Source: Patescibacteria group bacterium (GTDB taxonomy: Bacteria > Patescibacteriota > Minisyncoccia > Phycocordibacterales > CSBR16-119). From it: a stretch of DNA of 52,671 bases. Below the pieces are notes generated by a model. That model was given only the letters and a program-made list of their open reading frames with translations. It did no database searches and was not told the origin of the DNA. Positions 1-9,126 of the stretch are shown here, piece by piece; the stretch's first letter is position 1, and each line of letters opens with the position of its first letter. A program made the position numbers and the translations under genes. The stretch lies in NCBI GenBank assembly GCA_052033715.1, contig JBPOJJ010000004.1, positions 1 to 52,671 of the forward strand, in the 5' to 3' direction.

Positions 1-11
1 CGCAAAATAAT

Positions 12-125
12 ATGTTCACAGTATTATTCGTTATCTTAAAACTTCTCGGCTTTATCGGGTTTTCCTGGTGGTGGATTTTGCTCACGCTTGTGTTGGATAG
101 ATTAATTTTGAGAAGGAGAAAATAA
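12..125 (+). CDS. Small membrane protein, 37 aa (MFTVLFVILKLLGFIGFSWWWILLTLVLDRLILRRRK); may start before the window
   Basis: Hand-translated and below the ORF-track cutoff. Hydrophobic hairpin with SWWW and a basic tail; the stop is 1 nt before the rpiB ATG. Confidence 0.5.
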   Translation: MFTVLFVILKLLGFIGFSWWWILLTLVLDRLILRRRK

Positions 126-126
126 T

Positions 127-567
127 ATGAAAATCTACATCGCGTCCGATCATGCCGGATTTGAAATGAAAAAAGTTTTGGTGAGTCATTTGGAATTGAT
201 GGGTCATGTTGTTACAGACAAAGGACCAGACCACATGGATCCAACTGACGATTACCCAGATTTTGTCGCGCTTGTCGCCGAAGCTGTAACTGGGGGTGAG
301 GCGGATTTTGGGATTGTCCTCGGCGGCTCTGGTACAGGCGAAGCGATAGAAGCCAACAGACTTTTTGGTGTCCGGGCGGCGGTTTACTATGGGGGCAATG
401 AAGAAATTATAAAACTTGCTCGTGAACATAATGATGCAAATATTCTCTCACTCGGCGCCAGATTTATATCTCTAGATGAGGCGAAAAAAGTCGTTGATTT
501 ATTCCTCGAGACGAAATTTTCTGGCGATGAAAGACACAAAAGACGAATTTTGAAATTGGATAATTAA
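127..567 (+). CDS. rpiB: Ribose-5-phosphate isomerase B
   Basis: IYIASDHAGF, DDYPD, GGSGTGEAIEANR, AREHNDANIL and RH-RR motifs. Confidence 0.93.
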   Translation: MKIYIASDHAGFEMKKVLVSHLELMGHVVTDKGPDHMDPTDDYPDFVALVAEAVTGGEADFGIVLGGSGTGEAIEANRLFGVRAAVYYGGNEEIIKLAREHNDANILSLGARFISLDEAKKVVDLFLETKFSGDERHKRRILKLDN

Positions 568-570
568 TTT

Positions 571-1563
571 ATGGACCTACAGAGGCTACACACAATCGCC
601 AATCGTCTTGTCGAGCCAAAGAAAGGAATTTTGGCTGCTGATGAGAGCAATCACACGTGCAATGCGCGTTTTTCGGCGTTAGGAATTCCTGAAACCGAAG
701 AAGCGCGTCAGACGTGGCGTGAATTATTGATCACTACCCCTGATCTCGAACACTTCATCACCGGCGTTATTCTCTATGATGAGACAATTCGACAATCGAC
801 AAAGAAAGGTATCCCATTTCCAAAATATTTGGAGAAAAAGGGAATTTTGGTTGGGATCAAGGTTGATGAAGGTCTCGTTGAATTACCGGGTTCTCCCGAA
901 GAAACTGTGACTCAGGGACTAAACGGTTTACCGGGAAGATTGGCCGAATACAAATCCATGGGTGCCTCGTTCGCCAAGTGGCGCGCGGCTTTTAAAATCG
1001 GTTCTGGTATTCCGACCGATATTGCCATACGAGAAAACTGCGAAATACTCGCTCGTTATGCCAAATGCTGCCAAGATGAAGGAATTGTACCGATGGTAGA
1101 ACCAGAAGTAATGCTTGATGGCGAACATAGTATCGAAAAGTCAAAGATGGTAATAGAGCGAGTGCTCAAAGTTTTATTCGAAGAACTAACAAAACATTTT
1201 GTTAATCCAAAAGGTTTGATACTCAAAACGAGCATGGTCATCTCAGGAAGCAAGGCGCCGATTCGGGCTGATGCCAAAACCGTCGCCAAGTTTACGACCG
1301 AAACTCTCGTAGCTAACGTTCCAAGAGACGTTGCGGGCGTGGTATTTCTCTCGGGCGGACAAACTCCAGACGAGGCGACAAATAATCTGCGTGAAATCGC
1401 CAAACTGGAACCATTGCCGTGGCAGATCGCTTTCTCTTATTCTCGAGCCTTGCAAAACGATGCACTGGTCACATGGGCCGGAAATCCGGACAAGTTCAAA
1501 GAAGCCCAACTTGTTTTCTTGGCTCGTCTAGAATCCAATAGTCTCGCAGACCAAGGTCTCTAA
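571..1563 (+). CDS. Fructose-bisphosphate aldolase class I
   Basis: KGILAADES, GIKVDEG, FAKWRA, PMVEPEV, LILKTSM, VFLSGGQ and FSYSRALQ motifs. Confidence 0.95.
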   Translation: MDLQRLHTIANRLVEPKKGILAADESNHTCNARFSALGIPETEEARQTWRELLITTPDLEHFITGVILYDETIRQSTKKGIPFPKYLEKKGILVGIKVDEGLVELPGSPEETVTQGLNGLPGRLAEYKSMGASFAKWRAAFKIGSGIPTDIAIRENCEILARYAKCCQDEGIVPMVEPEVMLDGEHSIEKSKMVIERVLKVLFEELTKHFVNPKGLILKTSMVISGSKAPIRADAKTVAKFTTETLVANVPRDVAGVVFLSGGQTPDEATNNLREIAKLEPLPWQIAFSYSRALQNDALVTWAGNPDKFKEAQLVFLARLESNSLADQGL

Positions 1564-1580
1564 AATGCTATAATAAATTC

Positions 1581-2258
1581 ATGGAAATAATCCCGGCCAT
1601 CATGCCGAAGAGTTTTGCTGATATTGGAGAACACGTCGAACGTGTTAGTAATTTTGTCTCCGGTGTTCAATTAGATTTGATGGATGGAGAGTTTGTTGAA
1701 GCCAAATCTTGGCCGTTTTTTGATAAAGACAAGCAAAGCATTCGTGAACTTATGGACGGGGAAATCCGTTTACCGTTTTCTGACAAGGTGAAATATGAAT
1801 TTGATTTGATGGTTCGAACTCCAGAAACTGATTTGAAAAAATACGTGAAGCTTGGTGCGAGTCGGCTCATCATTCATGCCAATTCAATCGATAATAGGGA
1901 ATTATTCTTGGAAGAGATTGAAAGATTGGGAATAGAGTGGGGAATTGCTTTTTTGACTACTGACAATTTGGTTGATTCTCGGGATTTGATCATGCGAGCA
2001 AACTTCGTCCAGCTTATGGGAATAGGAAATATTGGCTATCAAGGACAACCATTTGATCCGAGAGTTCTTGATCAGGCTCGAAACATTCGAGAAATGAAGC
2101 CCGATGCTATAATTAGTATCGACGGAGGCGTAAATCTAGATACTGCCCGAGAACTGGCACTTGCCGGCGCAACACGCCTCGTCTCCGGTTCCACAATATT
2201 CGGCGCCAATGCTCCAGAAGTGGCAATCGAAGATTTAAGAAGAATTTCAAATGTCTAA
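1581..2258 (+). CDS. rpe: Ribulose-phosphate 3-epimerase
   Basis: QLDLMDGEFV, DLMV, ISIDGGVN and LVSGSTIF motifs; PPP cluster context. Confidence 0.9.
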   Translation: MEIIPAIMPKSFADIGEHVERVSNFVSGVQLDLMDGEFVEAKSWPFFDKDKQSIRELMDGEIRLPFSDKVKYEFDLMVRTPETDLKKYVKLGASRLIIHANSIDNRELFLEEIERLGIEWGIAFLTTDNLVDSRDLIMRANFVQLMGIGNIGYQGQPFDPRVLDQARNIREMKPDAIISIDGGVNLDTARELALAGATRLVSGSTIFGANAPEVAIEDLRRISNV

Positions 2259-3114
2259 TTTAAATCCCTTAAAAGAAAAAAAGTTGTTGATCAAGGCTAA
2301 CGAAATTCGGGCTAGCATTATCGATATGCTCGAGGACGCCGGCTCAGGACACACAGCTGGGCCCTTGGATATGACCGACGTTTTCACGGCGTTTTATTTT
2401 CATATTCTCAATCACGACCCCAAAAATCCTGAATGGTCGGAGCGTGACAGACTCATCCTCTCAAACGGCCACATCGTGCCTGTCAGATACTCCACGATGG
2501 CGCATGCTGGATATTTTCCGCTCAAAGAACTCTCGACACTTAGAAAATTTGGCTCACGCCTCCAGGGCCACCCGGAGCGCGAGAAGTTGCCGGGGCTTGA
2601 AAATACTTCTGGGCCACTGGGTTCAGGAATTTCTCAGTCAGCCGGGTACGCCTACGCTGCCAGGATGGACGGCAAAAAATTCCGTACGTATTGTTTTATC
2701 TCAGACGGCGAACTCGATGCCGGAAATAGTTGGGAAGGCATTATGTTTGCTGGCGCTAATAAACTTTCGAATCTGACAGTGGTAATTGATCGCAACAATA
2801 TTCAAATAAACGGAATGACGGAAGATATTATGCCTCTCGAGCCATTAGCCGATAAATGGCGAGCGTTTAATTGGCATGTTTTGGAAATTGATGGGCACAA
2901 TATGGAAGCGATCATCGACGCTGTCGAGGAAGCCAAGGCGATCGTCGAGAAGCCGACAGTGATCATCGCTCACACTATTGCCGGTAAAGGCATCAAGGAA
3001 ATCGAATACGATTACAAATGGCATGGAACTCCGCCAAACAAAGAACAGGAACAGAAATGGTTGAAGGAATTGCGAACAATGAAGGGTAAAATAGAAGGAG
3101 GACATTTGGATTAG
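2251..3114 (+). CDS. Transketolase, N-terminal (TPP-binding) subunit
   Basis: GSGHTAG, DRLILSNGH, RLQGHP, SGPLGSG and SDGELDAG...DRNNIQ motifs. Confidence 0.95.
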   Translation: MSNLNPLKEKKLLIKANEIRASIIDMLEDAGSGHTAGPLDMTDVFTAFYFHILNHDPKNPEWSERDRLILSNGHIVPVRYSTMAHAGYFPLKELSTLRKFGSRLQGHPEREKLPGLENTSGPLGSGISQSAGYAYAARMDGKKFRTYCFISDGELDAGNSWEGIMFAGANKLSNLTVVIDRNNIQINGMTEDIMPLEPLADKWRAFNWHVLEIDGHNMEAIIDAVEEAKAIVEKPTVIIAHTIAGKGIKEIEYDYKWHGTPPNKEQEQKWLKELRTMKGKIEGGHLD

Positions 3115-3115
3115 C

Positions 3116-3143
3116 AAGTAGGAAGTAGTAAGTCGTAAGTAGC
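3116..3143 (+). repeat. Four tandem 7-bp repeats AAGT(A/C)GN
   Basis: aagtagg-aagtagt-aagtcgt-aagtagc between the two transketolase genes. Confidence 0.7.
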
Positions 3144-3149
3144 ACGAAA

Positions 3150-4136
3150 ATGATAAATGAAAACTCAAAACTAAATGACAAAGTGTTCTCGAAAGATGTC
3201 GAGATGATTCCGACGAGGGATGGTTTTGGTCATGGATTGGTAGAAGCGGGAGAGATGGATGAGCGGATTGTTGCAGTGTGTGCGGACTTGGCCGAATCTA
3301 CTCGTGCGCACTGGTTCAAAGAAAAGTTTCCGAAAAGATATGTCGAAGTTGGTGTAGCCGAGCAAAACCTCGCAACCGTCGCTTCCGGTATGGCGAATTA
3401 CGGCAAGATTCCATTCATCATGTCGTATGCAACATTTTCACCAGGCAGGAACAACGAACAGATTAGAACAACCATTGCCATCAATAACGTTCCAGTGAAA
3501 ATTGTCGGATGTCACGCCGGGGTCTCGGTTGGCCCTGACGGTGCAACTCACCAAGCCCTCGAGGATATCGGCCTCATGCGGATGATTCCTCGCATGACAG
3601 TAATTAATCCATGCGACTCCGAAGAAGCTCGCAAAGCAACTTTGGCCGCCGCCAAACACGATGGTCCGGTATATATCAGACTCGGACGCGAAAAAACTCC
3701 AGTCATCACGACCAAAAACACGCCGTTTGAGATAGGCAAAGCCGAAATAATGTGGAAGTCCAAAGATCCAGTCGTGGCAATTGTCTCAACTGGCGCGCTA
3801 ACTCATAACGCACTTGTGGCCGCCAAAGAATTGGCAGAAGAAGGAACTCAAACTGTTGTCGTGAATCTCGCGACTATCAAGCCGCTCGATATGAAAATGA
3901 TTGAGTACATCGGCACTATCGGCCGAGTTGTGACAGTGGAGGAACACCAAATCCACGGCGGAATGGGAAGTGCTGTTGCTGAAGCTCTGTCTGCAACGAA
4001 ACCATGTTTTATAGAATTCATCGGCGTCCACGACCAATTCGGCCAATCAGGAAAACCGGACGAACTTATCGCTTATTATGGAATGGATGTGAGTCACATC
4101 AAACTCGCCGTAAAAGAAGTTTTGAAGAGACGTTAG
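3150..4136 (+). CDS. Transketolase, C-terminal subunit
   Basis: CADLAES, EVGVAEQN, GPDGATHQ, YIRLGR and VTVEEHQ motifs. Confidence 0.95.
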   Translation: MINENSKLNDKVFSKDVEMIPTRDGFGHGLVEAGEMDERIVAVCADLAESTRAHWFKEKFPKRYVEVGVAEQNLATVASGMANYGKIPFIMSYATFSPGRNNEQIRTTIAINNVPVKIVGCHAGVSVGPDGATHQALEDIGLMRMIPRMTVINPCDSEEARKATLAAAKHDGPVYIRLGREKTPVITTKNTPFEIGKAEIMWKSKDPVVAIVSTGALTHNALVAAKELAEEGTQTVVVNLATIKPLDMKMIEYIGTIGRVVTVEEHQIHGGMGSAVAEALSATKPCFIEFIGVHDQFGQSGKPDELIAYYGMDVSHIKLAVKEVLKRR

Positions 4137-4648
4137 TTTAGATTTGGACTTGAAGTAGGAATGGTTTCTATCGAAATCAATGTGTCCGTAAGCTCTTCTA
4201 TTTTTTGCTTTAGTTCTTGGGAGTCACTGTCTTCTCTTTCGATTAATCTCGAAAGGCTCTGCGTTGTATTCAAAAGATGAGCGTAGATATCGTCCCTTCT
4301 TTTGTAGTCTTGGGTGTTTTCCAAACTTCTTCCCAGTCTTTCAACTCGGTCTCTAAGATTGTTGATTTTTGCAGTAAAAATAGGATCTTTGTTGTTTTGC
4401 AAATATTGATTTTCTTCTATTTCTTTCTTTAATTTATTTATCTTATTCCAGAGAGTGTCGTCAGTATGTTCGAGTTTTTTACTTAGTAAAGGATTTTCTG
4501 TAAGCTCTTCAATATCCGCCGCATTATTTAGTCTCGCTGTGTAATCGTCTAGACTAGGTTCTTTTTCTAACGATGCAAAATCTATATGTTCATCAATTTT
4601 TTTATCCTCCTTAAAATTCTTTGGTCTAAATTTTTCAAAAAATCCCAT
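4133..4648 (-). CDS. Hypothetical charged/coiled-coil protein
   Basis: 171-aa ORF starting 1 nt after the PfkB stop; fills the gap. Confidence 0.7.
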   Translation of the reverse strand: MGFFEKFRPKNFKEDKKIDEHIDFASLEKEPSLDDYTARLNNAADIEELTENPLLSKKLEHTDDTLWNKINKLKKEIEENQYLQNNKDPIFTAKINNLRDRVERLGRSLENTQDYKRRDDIYAHLLNTTQSLSRLIEREDSDSQELKQKIEELTDTLISIETIPTSSPNLN

Positions 4649-4649
4649 A

Positions 4650-5642
4650 TTATATTTTCCTAGGTTTATAATCCTCCGGTGCGTTTTTTAAGTATTCTTC
4701 CAATTGTTCTCGAGTTAAAAGTCCTTTTTGAGCTCCTACATATTGTACTACGTTCATGGAGTTGATCGGCGCCCAAGTTAGAGCCTCTTCGAGAGACTTG
4801 CCAAGGGCCAAAGCGCTCGTAAATGTCGAAGCAAAAGCGTCTCCAGCACCTGTTCTCGAGACTGGTGGCTTTGGATCAGGGTAAATCGGCATGAACCAGG
4901 CGTTAGTACCGTCTGATGCATAAGCACCTTTGGGCCCGTCTGTGATACAAACGATTTTTGGACCTAGTTCGTGAATCTTGCCCATCAAAACTTTCACATC
5001 AGTTTCTTTGGAATCGAGAATTCTCTGCGACTCCTCGATATTACAAACAAATATTTCAGTTCGAGCGTAAATTCTCGCGAGTCTCTCTGTGCCAAGTTTC
5101 ATCTGGAATGTTCCCGGTTGGAAAGTTAATTTCACTTCCGGATTCGCTTCCAGGTAATCTGCGATCTCGTCATGAAATTTCTCCGTGTGGGCCGCGATAG
5201 AGGAAAGATAGATCCAAGCAGGCGTAGTTTCGAGATTTGGGAATTTACAAGTAAAAGGTTCATGTTTGACGAGAATCGTGCGATCGGCACCGTATTTCAA
5301 TACATAGTGATAATTCGTCTTAACACCGTCTTCAGTTTGGACAAAAGATGTATCGATGTTATTTCCTCGTAAGGTTTCGAGACAATCCTTGCCGTTCTGG
5401 TCATTTCCAACACTCGCAACCAGGGCCGAAGAAAGTCCGAGTCGCGCGGCAGAAGTCGCGGCATTCGGACTATTGCCAACAGCGTTTACCACCGTGACAT
5501 CTTTGTAAGGGATCTTGTCGGCGAATTTCATGCTAATCGTACAGTTCGCATCATTGATATCGCAATGTACATTTGCATCCTCAAGTTCGATAAAAGCATC
5601 AATTGTAATATCTCCGACAGCCAAAAAATCTAGTTTTTTCAT
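4650..5642 (-). CDS. PfkB-family carbohydrate kinase
   Basis: AVGDITID, VGNDQNG and VSRTGAGDAFAS motifs. Start reassigned to ATG 5642, which is preceded by TTGCAG-17-TATAAT and a 6-nt gap. Confidence 0.9.
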   Translation of the reverse strand: MKKLDFLAVGDITIDAFIELEDANVHCDINDANCTISMKFADKIPYKDVTVVNAVGNSPNAATSAARLGLSSALVASVGNDQNGKDCLETLRGNNIDTSFVQTEDGVKTNYHYVLKYGADRTILVKHEPFTCKFPNLETTPAWIYLSSIAAHTEKFHDEIADYLEANPEVKLTFQPGTFQMKLGTERLARIYARTEIFVCNIEESQRILDSKETDVKVLMGKIHELGPKIVCITDGPKGAYASDGTNAWFMPIYPDPKPPVSRTGAGDAFASTFTSALALGKSLEEALTWAPINSMNVVQYVGAQKGLLTREQLEEYLKNAPEDYKPRKI

Positions 5643-5773
5643 AGAATTATTATATTTCCTAGCAAGGATGTCTGCAAGGCAATATCTCTGCATAATATCC
5701 AAGCGACGGAAATATACGGGCGAGCGAGAATATGCGATGCTCTTATAGCAAAGAAACCTTGCTCCAAAACCAA

Positions 5774-5802
5774 TTGACACGCTCGGATTTCAGCAGTACA
5801 CT
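5774..5802 (+). promoter_or_regulatory. Sigma70-type promoter TTGACA-17-TACACT
   Basis: Near-consensus hexamers with a 17-nt spacer upstream of the 60-aa ORF. Confidence 0.7.
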
Positions 5803-5852
5803 ATTTTCCTGTTCTTTAAACGCGTAAAGACCACCAAAACCACTAACCAACC

Positions 5853-6035
5853 ATGGGCAAGACATTCGGTTTCAGGGGCGGAGAAAGGAATAAGCGCAAC
5901 AGCAAACAGTTCCGATCTTCCAACAAGGGCAAAGGGATGGGGCCGCAGGAGAAAGGCTCGCACAAATTCCAAGGTTCCGGTAGGACCGACTTCAGTAACA
6001 TCCTGGGCGATCTGCCACGAGACCGTCGAAAATAG
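5853..6035 (+). CDS. Small basic Gly/Lys/Arg-rich protein, 60 aa
   Basis: Has its own promoter and terminator; A/C-rich leader ending in ccaaccATG. Confidence 0.65.
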   Translation: MGKTFGFRGGERNKRNSKQFRSSNKGKGMGPQEKGSHKFQGSGRTDFSNILGDLPRDRRK

Positions 6036-6069
6036 TCCCGGGCGTGGAAATTGGTCTTCGTGACCGCCA

Positions 6070-6104
6070 AAGGACCAACTCTCGGGTTGGTCCTTCGGTT
6101 TTTT
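6070..6104 (+). terminator. Intrinsic terminator
   Basis: AAGGACCAAC-tctcgg-GTTGGTCCTT followed by cggtttttt. Confidence 0.75.
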
Positions 6105-6138
6105 AGACTAAATGAGTCTGTTTGCTATACTTATGCTT

Positions 6139-6432
6139 ATGAGCGAACAACAACCTGGTAAAAATCCACACTTAAAAATTGTGCCAAAGGAGCCAAGTAA
6201 CCCGGAAGAACTCCGACGTCAAATGCAACAAGAGTCGGAAACTGAAATGGGGCCAACGTTTCGTATTACCCCCTACAATATTGACAATATTACTTTTGAC
6301 GATAATCCAGAAACAGATAACGCCATTAAAATTACCACGCTTGAACGGATGTTAGTCAATGAAGGCTTCGACGGTCCAGAAGAGCACGACATTGCAAAAA
6401 AACTTATCGAGCTTAAAAATCGTAAATTTTAA
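6139..6432 (+). CDS. Hypothetical protein, 97 aa
   Basis: Start reassigned to ATG 6139 (TGcTATACT then 7 nt); abuts the next gene. Confidence 0.65.
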   Translation: MSEQQPGKNPHLKIVPKEPSNPEELRRQMQQESETEMGPTFRITPYNIDNITFDDNPETDNAIKITTLERMLVNEGFDGPEEHDIAKKLIELKNRKF

Positions 6433-8136
6433 ATGCTCAAGAACGAAATCAAAACTTTCTTCAAGGGCGATGTCGAAGATTCTTCGGATACTTTAGAGCG
6501 CTATAGTCACGACTACAGTATTTTTGAAGTTAAACCTGAACTTGTTGTTTTCCCAAAAGACGCGGAGGATATCAAAAATCTTGTTAAGTTTTTAAATAAA
6601 AAAAGGGAAGAGGAAGGCTACGTTTATCTTTCTTTGACTCCTCGCGGTGCTGGCACAGACATGACTGGCGGACCGCTAAATGATTCTATTATTATGGACA
6701 CGTCGCGATACATGGGCGGCGTTTTGGAAATAAAGAAACAAAAACTTGGCAAACAAAAGTCTCCGACAGGACATGATTTTGAAATAAGCGGCCTGGCACG
6801 AGCATTGCCCGGAACTTTCTATCGAGATTTTGAAAAAGAAACCCTGAAAGGGGGTCTAATCATGCCTTGTTATCCAGCCTCACGGGAACTCGCCACAATT
6901 GGCGGAATGGTCGCGAACAACGGGGCGGGGGAGAAGACTCTCAAATACGGTCAGAACAAAGATTTTGTAAAATCTCTCAAAGTTGTTTTGGACGACGGGG
7001 AAGAATACGTAATTGAGCCACTATCGCGTGCCGCACTCGAAGCCATAATTTTGGAGAAGAATCGCTTGGCCGAGATTTATCAAAAAACTTGGGAACTGAT
7101 CAAGAGAAATCTCGATGAAATCCGCGCCGCCAAGCCCAAGACGACCAAGAACTCTTCAGGCTACATGCTTTGGGATGTGTGGGATGTTGGTAATGAAATT
7201 TTCAATCCAATACCGATGTTCGTCGGTGCCCAGGGAACAACCGGGATTATCACCGAAATTACTTACAAACTAGTTGAGAGAGAGACCGATTCGACCCTTC
7301 TTGTCGTTTTTTTGAAAGATTTAAAAACTATTCCGGCTTTGACCAAGGCATTACTCGAAAATGATATCGAAACTCTAGAAATCTACGACGATCACACGCT
7401 TAAGTTTGCTGTAAAATTTTTCAAAAGCTTTTTAAAAGAAAAGGGTGTTTGGGGTTCGATCAAATACGCTTGGCAATTCTTACCAGAATTCCTCATGGTG
7501 CTATCTGGCGGTATGCCCAAAATTATTATTTTGGCTGAATTTGTCTCAAACGACACCTCTGGAATTGCCAGGGAAGCGCGAGTGGCTCAAGACAAGATTG
7601 CCAGATTCCATTTGAGAACTCGATTAACAAAAACTCCACAAGAGCGCGACAAATATTTTGCCATCCGACGCGATAGTTTCAAATTACTTTCAGATCACTC
7701 AAAGGGTCTTCGTACAGCGCCGTTTATTGACGACATTGTTGTACCGGTTGATAAATTGCCCGAGTATTGGCCAGAACTTACGGCCGTTCTAGACGAACAC
7801 AACATTCTCTATACGATTGCGGGACACTTAGGTAATGGTAATTTGCACGTTATACCTTTGATGGATTTTAATGATTCAAAAACCAAGGATTATATTGTTG
7901 AAATCTCCAATAAAATTTATCCGCTCGTTCGAAAATATGGTGGCTCAATGACCGCCGAGCATAACGACGGGCTTGTCCGCACGCCTTTCGTTGAAATAAT
8001 GTTTGGGCAAAAGATCGTTCAAATTTTCCGAGAATTCAAAGACATCGTCGATCCACACAAGATGTTTAACCCGAAGAAAAAAGTTGGCGCAACCCTTGAA
8101 GACTTTTCAAATCACATAATTCGTCCGAAAAAATAA
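6433..8136 (+). CDS. FAD-binding oxidoreductase (GlcD/D-lactate dehydrogenase-like), no Fe-S C-terminal domain
   Basis: TPRGAGTDMTGG, ATIGGMVANN, GAQGTTGII, GHLGNGNLH, AEHNDG and DP-KMFNP motifs. Confidence 0.88.
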   Translation: MLKNEIKTFFKGDVEDSSDTLERYSHDYSIFEVKPELVVFPKDAEDIKNLVKFLNKKREEEGYVYLSLTPRGAGTDMTGGPLNDSIIMDTSRYMGGVLEIKKQKLGKQKSPTGHDFEISGLARALPGTFYRDFEKETLKGGLIMPCYPASRELATIGGMVANNGAGEKTLKYGQNKDFVKSLKVVLDDGEEYVIEPLSRAALEAIILEKNRLAEIYQKTWELIKRNLDEIRAAKPKTTKNSSGYMLWDVWDVGNEIFNPIPMFVGAQGTTGIITEITYKLVERETDSTLLVVFLKDLKTIPALTKALLENDIETLEIYDDHTLKFAVKFFKSFLKEKGVWGSIKYAWQFLPEFLMVLSGGMPKIIILAEFVSNDTSGIAREARVAQDKIARFHLRTRLTKTPQERDKYFAIRRDSFKLLSDHSKGLRTAPFIDDIVVPVDKLPEYWPELTAVLDEHNILYTIAGHLGNGNLHVIPLMDFNDSKTKDYIVEISNKIYPLVRKYGGSMTAEHNDGLVRTPFVEIMFGQKIVQIFREFKDIVDPHKMFNPKKKVGATLEDFSNHIIRPKK

Positions 8137-8276
8137 AACTTTTCCAAGACAAGCCGTCATGCTCTTGTCTTGCAACATCTTTCGAATATCGTGAGCAATT
8201 ATTTTACTCCCGCATCCTCACTTATTGTAATAAAATTTTCTCTGATCCGTCTAAGTTTATGTAGGGAGAAAATTCT

Positions 8277-8378
8277 ATGAACCACGAAGAAAACATAAAA
8301 CTTCATAAAGCTGAAAAGGTCATGTCGACAGTACTAATTATTGCCCTGTCTTGCGTTTTGGTCGTCTTTTCTATATAA
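8277..8378 (+). CDS. Putative 33-aa single-TM peptide (MNHEENIKLHKAEKVMSTVLIIALSCVLVVFSI)
   Basis: Hand-translated; AGGGAG SD upstream; 3' end overlaps the rplY promoter. Confidence 0.4.
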   Translation: MNHEENIKLHKAEKVMSTVLIIALSCVLVVFSI

Positions 8379-8379
8379 T
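8351..8379 (+). promoter_or_regulatory. Promoter of rplY, TTGCGT-17-TATAAT
   Basis: -10 box ends 8 nt before the ATG at 8388. Confidence 0.6.
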
Positions 8380-8387
8380 CCTGCCGT

Positions 8388-9023
8388 ATGACAACACTGA
8401 ATGCTAAATTACGCGATAACGCGACCAAGACCCACCTTATAAGAGAAAACGGTGAAATCCCGGCTGTTTTTTATGGATTTAAGAAGGACGCGACGTCTCT
8501 CGTCGTAAATTCTATTGATTTTATAAAGGTCTTCCGAGAAGCTGGCGAAACGAGCACGATCAAACTCGATACTCCGTCTGGTTCATTTGACGCCCTTATT
8601 CACGAAGTTCAGTACGATCCAATCACAAACCGAGCCATTCACGTAGATTTCCTATCAGTCGACATGACTAAAGAAATTGAGGTGGACGTACCTTTCGAAT
8701 TCGTTGGGGAGGCTCCAGCCGTCAAGGCTGGTGGAATTTTAGTCAAAGTTATGCACGAAGTTAAAGTTTCAGCCCTGCCAAGCAAAATTCCTCACTCTGT
8801 TACCATCGATGTCTCTAGTTTAGAAACAGAAGAATCTCACATCACCCTAAAGGATATTAAATTCCCAGAAGGAGTTAAGGTCCTAGAAGATATGGAAGCG
8901 GTGGTTGCCTCAATTACTGTGGCCAAAGAAGAAGTCGAGGTTGCTCCAGTTGACCTTTCAACTATCGAGGTAGAGGCTAAGGGCAAGAAAGAAGAAGAGG
9001 TATCGGGCGAAGAAGCGAAATAG
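8388..9023 (+). CDS. rplY: 50S ribosomal protein L25 / general stress protein Ctc
   Basis: IPAVFYG, HVDF, V-VPFEFVGEAPAVK-GG and LPSKIP motifs; acidic tail. Confidence 0.93.
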   Translation: MTTLNAKLRDNATKTHLIRENGEIPAVFYGFKKDATSLVVNSIDFIKVFREAGETSTIKLDTPSGSFDALIHEVQYDPITNRAIHVDFLSVDMTKEIEVDVPFEFVGEAPAVKAGGILVKVMHEVKVSALPSKIPHSVTIDVSSLETEESHITLKDIKFPEGVKVLEDMEAVVASITVAKEEVEVAPVDLSTIEVEAKGKKEEEVSGEEAK

Positions 9024-9126
9024 AAGTGGTCACTTCGGCAAAATTCTTTCTTTTCTTCCCTCCAACCTAGCCTCGCCAGACAGTCAGAAAATAAAAATTT
9101 TACTGAGGCTTAAAAAAGAAAAAGGT

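Noticed and set aside
9024-9126. Possible riboswitch ahead of the lytic transglycosylase
   Set aside because: Only short, AT-rich pairings (AGCCT/AGGCT, CAGT/ACTG) are present, with no recognisable c-di-AMP or c-di-GMP motif, so chance is plausible.
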